Shown piece by piece: positions 27,208 through 35,191 of a stretch of DNA of 64,000 nt. The stretch comes from a virus. How positions within the stretch are numbered: the stretch's first letter is position 1; each line of letters opens with the position of its first letter. The stretch covers positions 8,190 through 72,189 of IMG/VR virus record IMGVR_UViG_3300015371_000021; one strand, written 5' to 3'. The position numbers were made by a program, and so were the translations under genes. Under the pieces are notes generated by a model. That model did not search any database. It saw nothing but the letters and a program-made list of their open reading frames with translations, and was not told where the DNA came from.

Positions 27208-27695
27208 GCTGCCTCATCCTCCATCGGCACTTTGCCGAACAGGTATGAGGCGCCAACACGACGGGCGTAGCGCCCAAACAACGCTTCCTTCGCACCGAGG
27301 CGGTCGAACGTTTCGATCGACATCACCACCGGCGCGCCACAGGGAGCGCCGACGACGTTAGCCCACCACTCAACGAAACGGAATAGTCGGAACGCATGGC
27401 GCGACCGCCGGTGCGCGGGGTGCACGTAGAGAAACCGGTCCGACCAGTAGAGGTCCTCGGAGTACCAGTGCGACCCGAGCATCAGGCAGACCGCGGCCTC
27501 GATCCGCTCCGGCCCGTCGATCAGCCCGATGACCGCGTCAGGATTGCGCCAGCAGGCGCGCTTGAGCACGGCGATAATTTTGTGCGGTGCAATACGAAAC
27601 GCACCATTGGTCGCATGGCCGACGAGGCACAGGTCCCAAAGGCGGTCTAGGTCGGCGGGCTCGGCGATGCGGACGCCGCGAGGCGGTTCAGTCAC
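27174..27695 (-). CDS. GNAT-fold phage protein
   Basis: VRIAEPADL...FLYVHPAHRRSRHAFRL. Confidence 0.7.
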   Translation of the reverse strand: MTEPPRGVRIAEPADLDRLWDLCLVGHATNGAFRIAPHKIIAVLKRACWRNPDAVIGLIDGPERIEAAVCLMLGSHWYSEDLYWSDRFLYVHPAHRRSRHAFRLFRFVEWWANVVGAPCGAPVVMSIETFDRLGAKEALFGRYARRVGASYLFGKVPMEDEAACARVAAALIQ

Positions 27696-27778
27696 CGCAC
27701 CGGGCGACGACAGGTGTCGGCGATCATCCACAGCGTGGCGAAGAAGAAGACGAGCACTAGCCCGAGGATTAGTTCCAT
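27692..27778 (-). CDS. Tiny TM peptide (28 aa)
   Basis: Hand-translated MELILGLVLVFFFATLWMIADTCRRPVR; GTGA-coupled to the next gene. Confidence 0.4.
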   Translation of the reverse strand: MELILGLVLVFFFATLWMIADTCRRPVR

Positions 27779-27794
27779 CATGCCAGTGGGATAG

Positions 27795-27974
27795 TCACAT
27801 CCATACCCTCGCGCCAGGCACGAGATAGGCCAGAATGGTGAGCAGCGCGATCAGCAGGAGTACCAGTCGCGCGACCAATCCGAACGGATCGGGCAACGGC
27901 AGATGCTCGATGATCACCCACACCACCGCAAAGACGATAATCAGAACGAGCAGCTGGACCAGGACCATAATCAT
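27795..27974 (-). CDS. Small two-TM membrane protein
   Basis: Hand-translated MIMVLVQLLVLIIVFAVVWVIIEHLPLPDPFGLVARLVLLLIALLTILAYL; ATGA-coupled. Confidence 0.7.
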   Translation of the reverse strand: MIMVLVQLLVLIIVFAVVWVIIEHLPLPDPFGLVARLVLLLIALLTILAYLVPGARVWM

Positions 27975-28537
27975 GCCGCTTCTCCCTCCAGTGCCGCGGC
28001 CACCATTTGACCCTGGAAATTGCCCTCCGCGCCAAACGCGTAATACGCGCCGATCTGCGGCACATGCCGCGCGTGTAACGCCATTTTGTTGGTCAGACCG
28101 TCGAGCGTGAGCACATCCCAGCGCATGATGATGCGGTGACCGGCTGCCTGCTGCATGCCGTTATGTGCCCAGCGGGCAAAGCCGAACAGCCGTCGGCCGT
28201 AGTGGCGACGCGGGTGATGCAGGTCGTGTTTGATTTCCTCCGGCAGCTTACGCGCTGCTGGCGACATGCCGCACCAGACGACCGAGATGAATGGTTCGTC
28301 GCTCACTTCCGAGGTCGCGAAGGTCATGCCGATCGAGGCGTCGATCGCGCCATGCTCGCCATCGATGACCCCAGCGATGGCGCCGCTCCTCTGCAGGCAG
28401 CAGCGCTCCACCAGGTCCTGGATTTTCGGCGCGGACAGCGTCAGCACTTCGCTCTCGACCAGAATTTGCGGCACCAGCTCGAATAGCGGTTCGATGTCGC
28501 TTTCCGTCGCGCGACGGACCCCGTGTGGATTGTTCAT
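27971..28537 (-). CDS. GNAT-fold phage protein (paralog of 27174-27695)
   Basis: GVRRATESDI...AIAGVIDG...IDASI...RLFGFARW. Confidence 0.65.
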   Translation of the reverse strand: MNNPHGVRRATESDIEPLFELVPQILVESEVLTLSAPKIQDLVERCCLQRSGAIAGVIDGEHGAIDASIGMTFATSEVSDEPFISVVWCGMSPAARKLPEEIKHDLHHPRRHYGRRLFGFARWAHNGMQQAAGHRIIMRWDVLTLDGLTNKMALHARHVPQIGAYYAFGAEGNFQGQMVAAALEGEAA

Positions 28538-29490
28538 GCTGCTTTGGCCCCGACCGGTCCCTTCAGTTCCTTGAGTTTCTTGATGTGCCGTTTGCGCAGG
28601 ATCATGGTGAACAGGTCGAGCACCCGTTTGCCGCGCGCCATATCGCCGTCGCCGAATACCCATTGTACCTGCTCGGGCGTGAACGAAAATTCCCCGTGGC
28701 TGAGCGCCACTGGCTGATGTTCGGCGGCCGCGTTGTCGTTGGCGACGCCACCTTCCGCTAGAGCTTCGGGGGCCTGCGGTGCTTCCTGTCCGGTGGGCGG
28801 ACGCGGGAGACCGCGCCCACTCCCGTGCATCGCGGGCAGCGCGATGCCACGCGGGCCAGTTGACAGCATGCGCTGGATGGCGCGCGCGCCATTCAGGCCG
28901 TTGCCCTCGCCAATGTAGGCCACTTCCTCGGACGGCAGGATGTAGCTGTCGGGCATCGCGGTGCCCTTGATCGCGTCGGCCCGTCCGGATGTGTGGCCCT
29001 CCAGGTATCCGGTCATCGGCTTCTCGGGCCCCATCAGGGGCGCGGTCGATGGCATAGCCCCGCCGGCGTCATAGCCCTGGATCGCCCCAGACGGTGGCGC
29101 CATGCCGAGCATGCCCGGCATCGCTGGGTTGGTCTCGGCCATGCCCATGTTCCGCTGGCGCAGTAGCTGGCGGATGATCCCGCCCTGCGGCGAGGTGCCC
29201 GTCCTGACCGCCAGCTCGCGCAGCTTCTCGGTCGGCAGCTGGGAAAACTTTTGCAGGTTCGCCTGGTAGTTCGGCGACGTGGTCTGTGCCGTCGGCTCGA
29301 TCGGGCCGTTGTCGTTCATCATCCCGCCGTCGGCGCGATGCTTCCCGGCCCATTTGTTGGCGACTGCCAGCGCCATCCCTTCATCGCCCGAACTTTTCAG
29401 CACGGCGTTGGCGATGCGCGCGGCGTGCCCCGCTTTCTCACCGTGCAAGGCATGATTATGCGATGCCATGCCCCTTGCGTCCCAAGGCAT
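28534..29490 (-). CDS. Internal virion protein with xAxGG motifs
   Basis: RADGG, YDAGG, LAEGG; SGRADAI...YILP and VALSHGEF motifs. Confidence 0.65.
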   Translation of the reverse strand: MPWDARGMASHNHALHGEKAGHAARIANAVLKSSGDEGMALAVANKWAGKHRADGGMMNDNGPIEPTAQTTSPNYQANLQKFSQLPTEKLRELAVRTGTSPQGGIIRQLLRQRNMGMAETNPAMPGMLGMAPPSGAIQGYDAGGAMPSTAPLMGPEKPMTGYLEGHTSGRADAIKGTAMPDSYILPSEEVAYIGEGNGLNGARAIQRMLSTGPRGIALPAMHGSGRGLPRPPTGQEAPQAPEALAEGGVANDNAAAEHQPVALSHGEFSFTPEQVQWVFGDGDMARGKRVLDLFTMILRKRHIKKLKELKGPVGAKAA

Positions 29491-29792
29491 CAGCGTTTTC
29501 CCTTTTTCTGCGGTGGCTGCAGAAACCAGCGGTCTTCCAGCGCTTCCCACACGTCGATGCCGTCCGCCCGTCGCCGCCTAGCCCCGGTTTTATCGCCTTT
29601 GCGGAAATTGTGGCTCTTCGCCATCGGCGTGCCGTCGATCTCGATGATGACGCTGTTCGCGTCGATCACGCGATCGACCCGGCAGCGCATGATCTCGCCC
29701 GGCAGATGCACAACGAGGAGCCCACCCACTTTGGGGCGGATCAGCGGATAACCCGACGTAAAACGTTGCAGCACAGGCACGATGATCACCAT
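29490..29792 (-). CDS. Hypothetical protein
   Basis: ORF coupled on both sides. Confidence 0.6.
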   Translation of the reverse strand: MVIIVPVLQRFTSGYPLIRPKVGGLLVVHLPGEIMRCRVDRVIDANSVIIEIDGTPMAKSHNFRKGDKTGARRRRADGIDVWEALEDRWFLQPPQKKGKR

Positions 29793-30760
29793 AACACTTG
29801 CGGTCGTAGCGGCGCTACACGCGGACGCCGCACCGTGCCGCGCATGGTAATCGTCTGGTCAGCTTGGGTTTGGATAATCGCGCCATGGTTCGCCACCTGC
29901 CCCTGCATGCTTATTGTTTGGTCGGCTTGCGTTGCGACAATCTGCAGTACTGGCGTGAGCACGCCGCGCATGTCGATCGCCTGGTCGTCCTGCGTTTGAA
30001 CGATGGCGCCGGTGGCGGGGCCGATGACTATTACTGGCGTGGGCCAGAAGACCGCCTGCTGTTGGGCGGCACGAAGACCTGCTCGGGCCGGCGGCTGAAT
30101 CGAAAGCGGTTGCCACCAGCGGTCTACAGTGGTCGCCTCTGGCCGCGTGGAGACGTGCCAGAAGAAGGTTTGTTGGCTGGCGACTCGCAGACCAGGCTTT
30201 GGCGCCGGTGGCAGTGAGAGTGGCGGCAACCATCGATCGACGGTTGTCCTCTCCGGTACAGATGGCAGGCTCCAGGAGAACGCTAGCTGGTTTGCAGCAG
30301 AGAGACCGCGCTTTGGGGGTGGTGGTGTTGCAAATGGCGCGAACCAGCGGTCGAGGGTTGTGGCCTCGGGCGCTGTGGAAACGTGCCAGGAGAACGCCAG
30401 TTGTTCGGCCGTCGGCAGACCGCGTTTTGGCGCAGGCGGTGTTTGTAGCGGAGCGAACCACCGATCGAGGGTGGTGGTCTCTGGCGCCGTGGAGACGTGC
30501 CAGAAGAATGCTTGCTGCTCTGCCGCGGGAAGGGCGCGCTTGGGAGCCGGTGGTGTAGCGAGTGGGGCGTGCCAGCGATCGAGGGTCGTTGCCTCTGGCG
30601 CTGTAGACGGTGGCGCGGTGAGACCGGAGGCGAGCGCTGCGGCGAGCGCAGAACGACGGACGACGGGAGTGGCAAGCGGCTGGAGCCAGCCAATAGACGT
30701 CGTGGTCGTCGGCGGTGTGAAGACCGGTTCAAAATGCGTGGGGTAAAGAAGTCTAGGCAT
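29786..30760 (-). CDS. Protein with five 38-aa (114-bp) tandem repeats
   Basis: STAPEATTLDRWxAPLxTPPAPKRGLxxAxQxAFxWHV x5. Confidence 0.75.
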   Translation of the reverse strand: MPRLLYPTHFEPVFTPPTTTTSIGWLQPLATPVVRRSALAAALASGLTAPPSTAPEATTLDRWHAPLATPPAPKRALPAAEQQAFFWHVSTAPETTTLDRWFAPLQTPPAPKRGLPTAEQLAFSWHVSTAPEATTLDRWFAPFATPPPPKRGLSAANQLAFSWSLPSVPERTTVDRWLPPLSLPPAPKPGLRVASQQTFFWHVSTRPEATTVDRWWQPLSIQPPARAGLRAAQQQAVFWPTPVIVIGPATGAIVQTQDDQAIDMRGVLTPVLQIVATQADQTISMQGQVANHGAIIQTQADQTITMRGTVRRPRVAPLRPQVLW

Positions 30761-30763
30761 TCA

Positions 30764-31060
30764 TTACCCCTCGTAGGATTTGCGCGTCCGCTCCCTCTCC
30801 AGGCCGCGCTCGATCATCTCAAGCAGCTTTTCTACCGGACGGCAGATATCCTTATCGACGCACGGGCCGCAGATATTTTTGCCGCATGCGCGACAGAACC
30901 CACCGATATCGGCGGCACGCTCACGGGCGTTGACGAAAACCACACCGCTGCAATGCGCGCAGGTAAAGGTGTCGTGCTCGACATCAATCAGACGCCCATG
31001 GCGATCACGTGCGACAATCGGATCATCGCAAATGATCTGCCCATAGCCAGCGCCTCTCAC
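30764..31060 (-). CDS. Zn-finger protein
   Basis: CAHC, CRAC, CGPC and further Cys. Confidence 0.75.
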   Translation of the reverse strand: MRGAGYGQIICDDPIVARDRHGRLIDVEHDTFTCAHCSGVVFVNARERAADIGGFCRACGKNICGPCVDKDICRPVEKLLEMIERGLERERTRKSYEG

Positions 31061-31530
31061 TGCTCTTCAAACCAGAACGCAGCAGTCGAGGTCGCCGTGC
31101 CGCCAGACACCGAGCGGGTGCGGAGGCCAAGCCCGTTGAGGTTTGTTGCTGGCCAGACCATCTCGCCACCCGGCGGGCAAACCCAGCGGTAACTCGCGCG
31201 CTGGTTCGTGCCGAGATAGAACAGCGAGCTGGTCGCGGTGACAGTCGGCTCGACCGTGTGATTTGCCGTTCCGACAGTAAATGCCGCGGCATCCGCCGGA
31301 TCGAGCGCGAGCGGCGTCACCGCCGTTCCGGTGCCGATCGTGGTGTAGCGAGAGATGTCCCATTCATAGGTCTGATCAGCCGCTGTGCCGATCGTGCCGA
31401 AGGTGAAGTCGTACAGCTTCCCGCGCTTGAGGGAAGTCGTCTGCGCGGTCACTTCCAGCAGCGACTTGTAAGTCGAAGTGATCGCCTGGAGCGTACCGGC
31501 GAGACCGTTGTTGACTGCGAACTTGGCCAT
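31057..31530 (-). CDS. Virion structural/accessory protein
   Basis: T/A-rich beta protein; AGGAAAGGA RBS. Confidence 0.7.
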   Translation of the reverse strand: MAKFAVNNGLAGTLQAITSTYKSLLEVTAQTTSLKRGKLYDFTFGTIGTAADQTYEWDISRYTTIGTGTAVTPLALDPADAAAFTVGTANHTVEPTVTATSSLFYLGTNQRASYRWVCPPGGEMVWPATNLNGLGLRTRSVSGGTATSTAAFWFEEQ

Positions 31531-31543
31531 GTATCGTCCTTTC

Positions 31544-32380
31544 CTAGTAAGGGATTATTTCCAGGCGACGTGCCGGCGGCGTTTCCAGGAAGGCCGGTGG
31601 AGAGTTTATCACCATAGCCGCTATATCGATACGTCCAGGGTTATAAAGCGGCGCCAACGGGTCTCCATAAAGCCGCCGGATTTCGGTGAGTTTTAGCGCA
31701 CGGTTCCAAATTGCGACGTTCGCTATGCCGCCCGCGTGCCAGGCATTCGCCAGGCCGTTGTCTCCGAACCTCAGTGATTGCGTTGGCTGCGTGTTGTTGA
31801 CCGTAGTGACGGCGGCGGCGGTGGCCCCTTGCTGGCCATTGACGTAAACCGTGACGTTAGCGCCGTCGAACAAGCCGACCACGTGGTTCCACGCATTCTC
31901 GATCATTAAGACCGAGCTGTCGCTGGTGCTGAAATGTGCGCCGCCGCTGGCGGAGACCCCGAATTTCGGGGCGCCTGTGACATTGTCGCTGTAGGACAGC
32001 GCGAACTGATCAGACGTCGTGGCGGCGTCGTTTAGAGCGGTGACCGGGAAGCTCCAATGTGCTGGCGCGAAATTCGGCCGCAGCCACACCGATACCGTTA
32101 TTGCGTTGAGCGGCAGTTTGACTGAGTAATTTGTGTTTATAGAATTGGTCGAACCATTAGACGGGAAGTTGAGAGTGCGGCCCCACTTGCTGCCACCGCG
32201 ATTGACGGTGCCGGTCCAGGTTGCCGATGTCTTGCAGCGGCCACAGGTGTCAACAACTTTGGTGCCAACGTTCTCGTTCAAAGGAAAGAAGTGCAGCAGT
32301 CCTTTGGCTAGACTGTCATTCCAGTCGATCGTGGCGGCGCCACTATCCTGATGGACTGCAAGTCGGTTTATGTGGTCCAT
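31544..32380 (-). CDS. LamG-like jelly-roll domain protein
   Basis: ITVSVWL...WNHVVGLFDG...VYVNG...IANVAIWNRAL..EI..LY. Confidence 0.9.
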   Translation of the reverse strand: MDHINRLAVHQDSGAATIDWNDSLAKGLLHFFPLNENVGTKVVDTCGRCKTSATWTGTVNRGGSKWGRTLNFPSNGSTNSINTNYSVKLPLNAITVSVWLRPNFAPAHWSFPVTALNDAATTSDQFALSYSDNVTGAPKFGVSASGGAHFSTSDSSVLMIENAWNHVVGLFDGANVTVYVNGQQGATAAAVTTVNNTQPTQSLRFGDNGLANAWHAGGIANVAIWNRALKLTEIRRLYGDPLAPLYNPGRIDIAAMVINSPPAFLETPPARRLEIIPY

Positions 32381-32869
32381 CTAGATCACCGTGTACGTGA
32401 CGCCGGTGTACGTCTTCTGATGATTGCCCTCCGTGGCGTCGAGCGCCTGCCCTGTAAAGTTCTGTAACACGAAGCCCCACTTTAACGGCAGCACTCCACC
32501 AAAGAAACTTGCGACAGAGATCACCGTTCGGTATGTGACGCTCACAGCTGGACAGCTCAGTACTACCGGCCCCTTCATATTGGACGGGCTGTCTATCGTC
32601 ACCGAGGCATTTGTCCCAACCGCTTCCGCCGACGATGCGCTGTAGTTGGTGCCGTCTTCAGACCCGTATATATAAATGTAACATGCCTTATCATTTGCGA
32701 GCGCGGATGAGCTAGTCTTGACCGCTATCGTCAATAAAGCGTCGTCGAATAGATTGCTCGTGTTGTCAACTACGGCGCTACCTTGTCCCACAGTAGACGA
32801 CGAAGCCTTAGAGGCCAAAGTACACGAAATGGCCGTGGAAGTTCCAAAAGCAATCTTGACTACTGCCAT
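32381..32869 (-). CDS. Virion accessory protein
   Basis: Beta-rich; YIYGSEDGTNY motif. Confidence 0.7.
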   Translation of the reverse strand: MAVVKIAFGTSTAISCTLASKASSSTVGQGSAVVDNTSNLFDDALLTIAVKTSSSALANDKACYIYIYGSEDGTNYSASSAEAVGTNASVTIDSPSNMKGPVVLSCPAVSVTYRTVISVASFFGGVLPLKWGFVLQNFTGQALDATEGNHQKTYTGVTYTVI

Positions 32870-33223
32870 CTACGCCACCGTCACCTGGGTCCACGATGTA
32901 CCGTCATAGAACGAGCCATAACGATTCCACGGGTTTTGGTTGTTAACCGCCTGCTGCAACGTGGTGAATCGCGTCACCAAAGCATTGCTGATCGCAGGAA
33001 ACCCTGTCCCCACCGCGAAAGAAAATTCCTCCACCCTCTCCAGCACCTGCCCGGCCTGCAATGCGGTTAGTTCTCCAGCAGACAGACCGATGACGCGGCT
33101 CTTGAATGTCGCGTCGGCGTTGAACTGTTGACGGGCCGCAGGCACGGTCAGCCAGAAACATACGTTGTACCGCAAATCGCTGGGCAAACCAGGCTGATCA
33201 AGAATGATGATCTGTCGCGCCAA
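32870..33223 (-). CDS. Hypothetical virion protein
   Basis: Ends YDGTSW, typical of fibre-associated proteins. Confidence 0.65.
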   Translation of the reverse strand: MARQIIILDQPGLPSDLRYNVCFWLTVPAARQQFNADATFKSRVIGLSAGELTALQAGQVLERVEEFSFAVGTGFPAISNALVTRFTTLQQAVNNQNPWNRYGSFYDGTSWTQVTVA

Positions 33224-33235
33224 GGTGCATCTCCA

Positions 33236-33634
33236 TCAGGCGTTGCCGGCGGTGATCGTGTAGGTGGTGACAGTGACCGCCTGACCCGCGGTGATGGACA
33301 GGTTGTCGAGCGTCAGGTTGCCGCCGCCACCAGTTATCGTGACGTTGCCCTGCTGGTGACAGGTACCGCCGCCGGAATACATGCGCCACGATGCTGCGCT
33401 TCCACTTCCTGACGCCGCCACAGTCCATGAACCAGCGATCGTGGTGACGCCGCTGGCGCTGGTCATAAACGTCGCGGGCAGTGTGATCGTTGCCAACAGG
33501 CCGGACGGATCGGCCGCCGCGCAATTCACCGGCTCTGTGCCAGAGAATATTTTGACCGTGCCGGAACTACCCACCACAGTCTGGATGGCTGAGGTCTGCG
33601 CGTCCCGCAGGGCAGTCGAATACTGGAGCGCCAC
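33236..33634 (-). CDS. Conserved phage tail-associated protein
   Basis: KIFSGTEP..C...LLATITL...GSAASWR...QG...GGGNLTLDN.SI.AGQ.VTV. Confidence 0.75.
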   Translation of the reverse strand: MALQYSTALRDAQTSAIQTVVGSSGTVKIFSGTEPVNCAAADPSGLLATITLPATFMTSASGVTTIAGSWTVAASGSGSAASWRMYSGGGTCHQQGNVTITGGGGNLTLDNLSITAGQAVTVTTYTITAGNA

Positions 33635-33645
33635 AGGTCAGGTCC

Positions 33646-34254
33646 TCACGGTGTGCGATTAAAGGCGGTTACGCTCGCGCCGGTCTCGTACTGCGCTGCG
33701 CCGAGCCGGAGGGTGCAGTCCACTGCCGTTCCGTTATCAATGAAGGCGACGCACTGCATATCGACAAAAACGCCACCCACCGGCGTGAGCACGTTGGTGT
33801 ACGATGTCCGCACGAGCGGCCCACTAGCAGGCGTGATGCCAAAGCCCGGGGTAGATGAAGCAAGGTAGGCATTGCCGCTATCCTGCCAGTCGATCTGCAT
33901 GCCCCATTCAAGACTGCCGATCGAGCCACTTACCAACGCATAATAAAATGAGTAGGAATACTGAGCGCCCGCGGTGGACGGGGTATCCGAGTCATCCGAT
34001 ATCATGAATACCTGGAGATAGCCGTCGGCGTCGGCTGTGCCGTTGAACCGTATGTCACAGGTGGGGAGGCCGTCACGGTCGGTACGGCGGTCAACCAGCG
34101 TGACGGTGATGCCGCCAGGGGTGGCTTGGACAAGCCAAGGAAGCACACTTGGTGCCGACCCGCCTGAGCCAATGACACCGACCACTGCGCTGGCAACCTC
34201 AGTTGTCGCAATCAGATTGGTGCGCAGCTGATAGCGTCCAGCGCGAGCGAGCAT
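33646..34254 (-). CDS. Tail-associated carbohydrate-binding-like protein
   Basis: RTNLI...GAAQYETGASVT framing motif; TGATG-coupled start. Confidence 0.6.
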   Translation of the reverse strand: MLARAGRYQLRTNLIATTEVASAVVGVIGSGGSAPSVLPWLVQATPGGITVTLVDRRTDRDGLPTCDIRFNGTADADGYLQVFMISDDSDTPSTAGAQYSYSFYYALVSGSIGSLEWGMQIDWQDSGNAYLASSTPGFGITPASGPLVRTSYTNVLTPVGGVFVDMQCVAFIDNGTAVDCTLRLGAAQYETGASVTAFNRTP

Positions 34255-34694
34255 CAGGCAAGGTCCCCGAACACGTACCAGGTGTTCGTCGAATACTGCC
34301 AAGCCCAAATGATCGAACCAGCGGCGCGCGCGGTGGTCGTCCCTGTGCCCGACACGAGCGTCACACCGCTACCCGCCACGAAGCCTGGACGCCCAGCCGC
34401 ACCCGAGAGCCAGACCAGCCCTAGCACGTTGCCGACGGCATAGGCGTTCGAGCTGTTGGGCGGGATGGTGAAGTTGGCGGCCGATGCCGCGTTGAACGGC
34501 ACGATACAGCCGCGATCATCGAGGTTCGCGGCGGCCGGTGTGTAGTTGCCCGTCTTCACACCGTTCGGCGAGACACTGATGGAGAACGCGCTTTCCGAAG
34601 CGTTGCGGATTGCTCCCTCATTGATCGCGTTGGTGTTGTTGTCCTGCTGCTCCGTGGAGAGCGCCGAGGGCGCTTTGACGGTTCCGATCGCCAT
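34254..34694 (-). CDS. Tail-fibre-associated protein
   Basis: TIPPNSSNAYAVG...AGSGVTL...TNTWYVFGDL domain. Confidence 0.75.
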   Translation of the reverse strand: MAIGTVKAPSALSTEQQDNNTNAINEGAIRNASESAFSISVSPNGVKTGNYTPAAANLDDRGCIVPFNAASAANFTIPPNSSNAYAVGNVLGLVWLSGAAGRPGFVAGSGVTLVSGTGTTTARAAGSIIWAWQYSTNTWYVFGDLA

Positions 34695-34696
34695 AC

Positions 34697-35191
34697 CTAT
34701 GCCCTCAGTGCCATCAGGGTGATGCAGCCGTCCGCCAACGTGGGGTCCTCCACGGCGGGGGCGACGCGCTGCAGCACGTCACCTACAATCAGCGACGCGC
34801 CAGGACCAGCCAGGACAGCGGACGTGTTGGTTGCCGGCGTGATAGTCACCGTGCCGATCAGCGTGGTCACCCCGCCGCGGATGCGGTTAAAGGTGAACAC
34901 CGCGTTCGCTGTCGGCGGGGTCACGTCATACACCTGAGACCCGGCCAGCACAGCAGGGATCGAGATGCTGGACGCCATTACGATGTGCTGCATCTCGCCG
35001 GCTGCCGGCACGCCGGTAAATGGAAACGCGATGGGCACCTGCTGCAGCGAGGCCGGCAGCTGTGCATAGCCGATGCTGCCGGTCGCGACGCTGACTCCGC
35101 GCAGCACCAACGCCAATTCGGCCAGCAGCTGGTTGCCGTTGATCTGCTGAGCAACGATGCTGGACACGTCGGGTGGAAGAAACCCGGACAC
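34697..35191 (-). CDS. Tail-associated protein
   Basis: IGTVTI...LIVGDVL...APAVEDPTLAD domain. Confidence 0.65.
   Translation of the reverse strand: MSGFLPPDVSSIVAQQINGNQLLAELALVLRGVSVATGSIGYAQLPASLQQVPIAFPFTGVPAAGEMQHIVMASSISIPAVLAGSQVYDVTPPTANAVFTFNRIRGGVTTLIGTVTITPATNTSAVLAGPGASLIVGDVLQRVAPAVEDPTLADGCITLMALRA

Noticed and set aside
29786-30760. Regularly spaced DNA repeats as a CRISPR array
   Set aside because: Units are 114-bp in-frame coding repeats with no unique spacers, and no cas genes are present.
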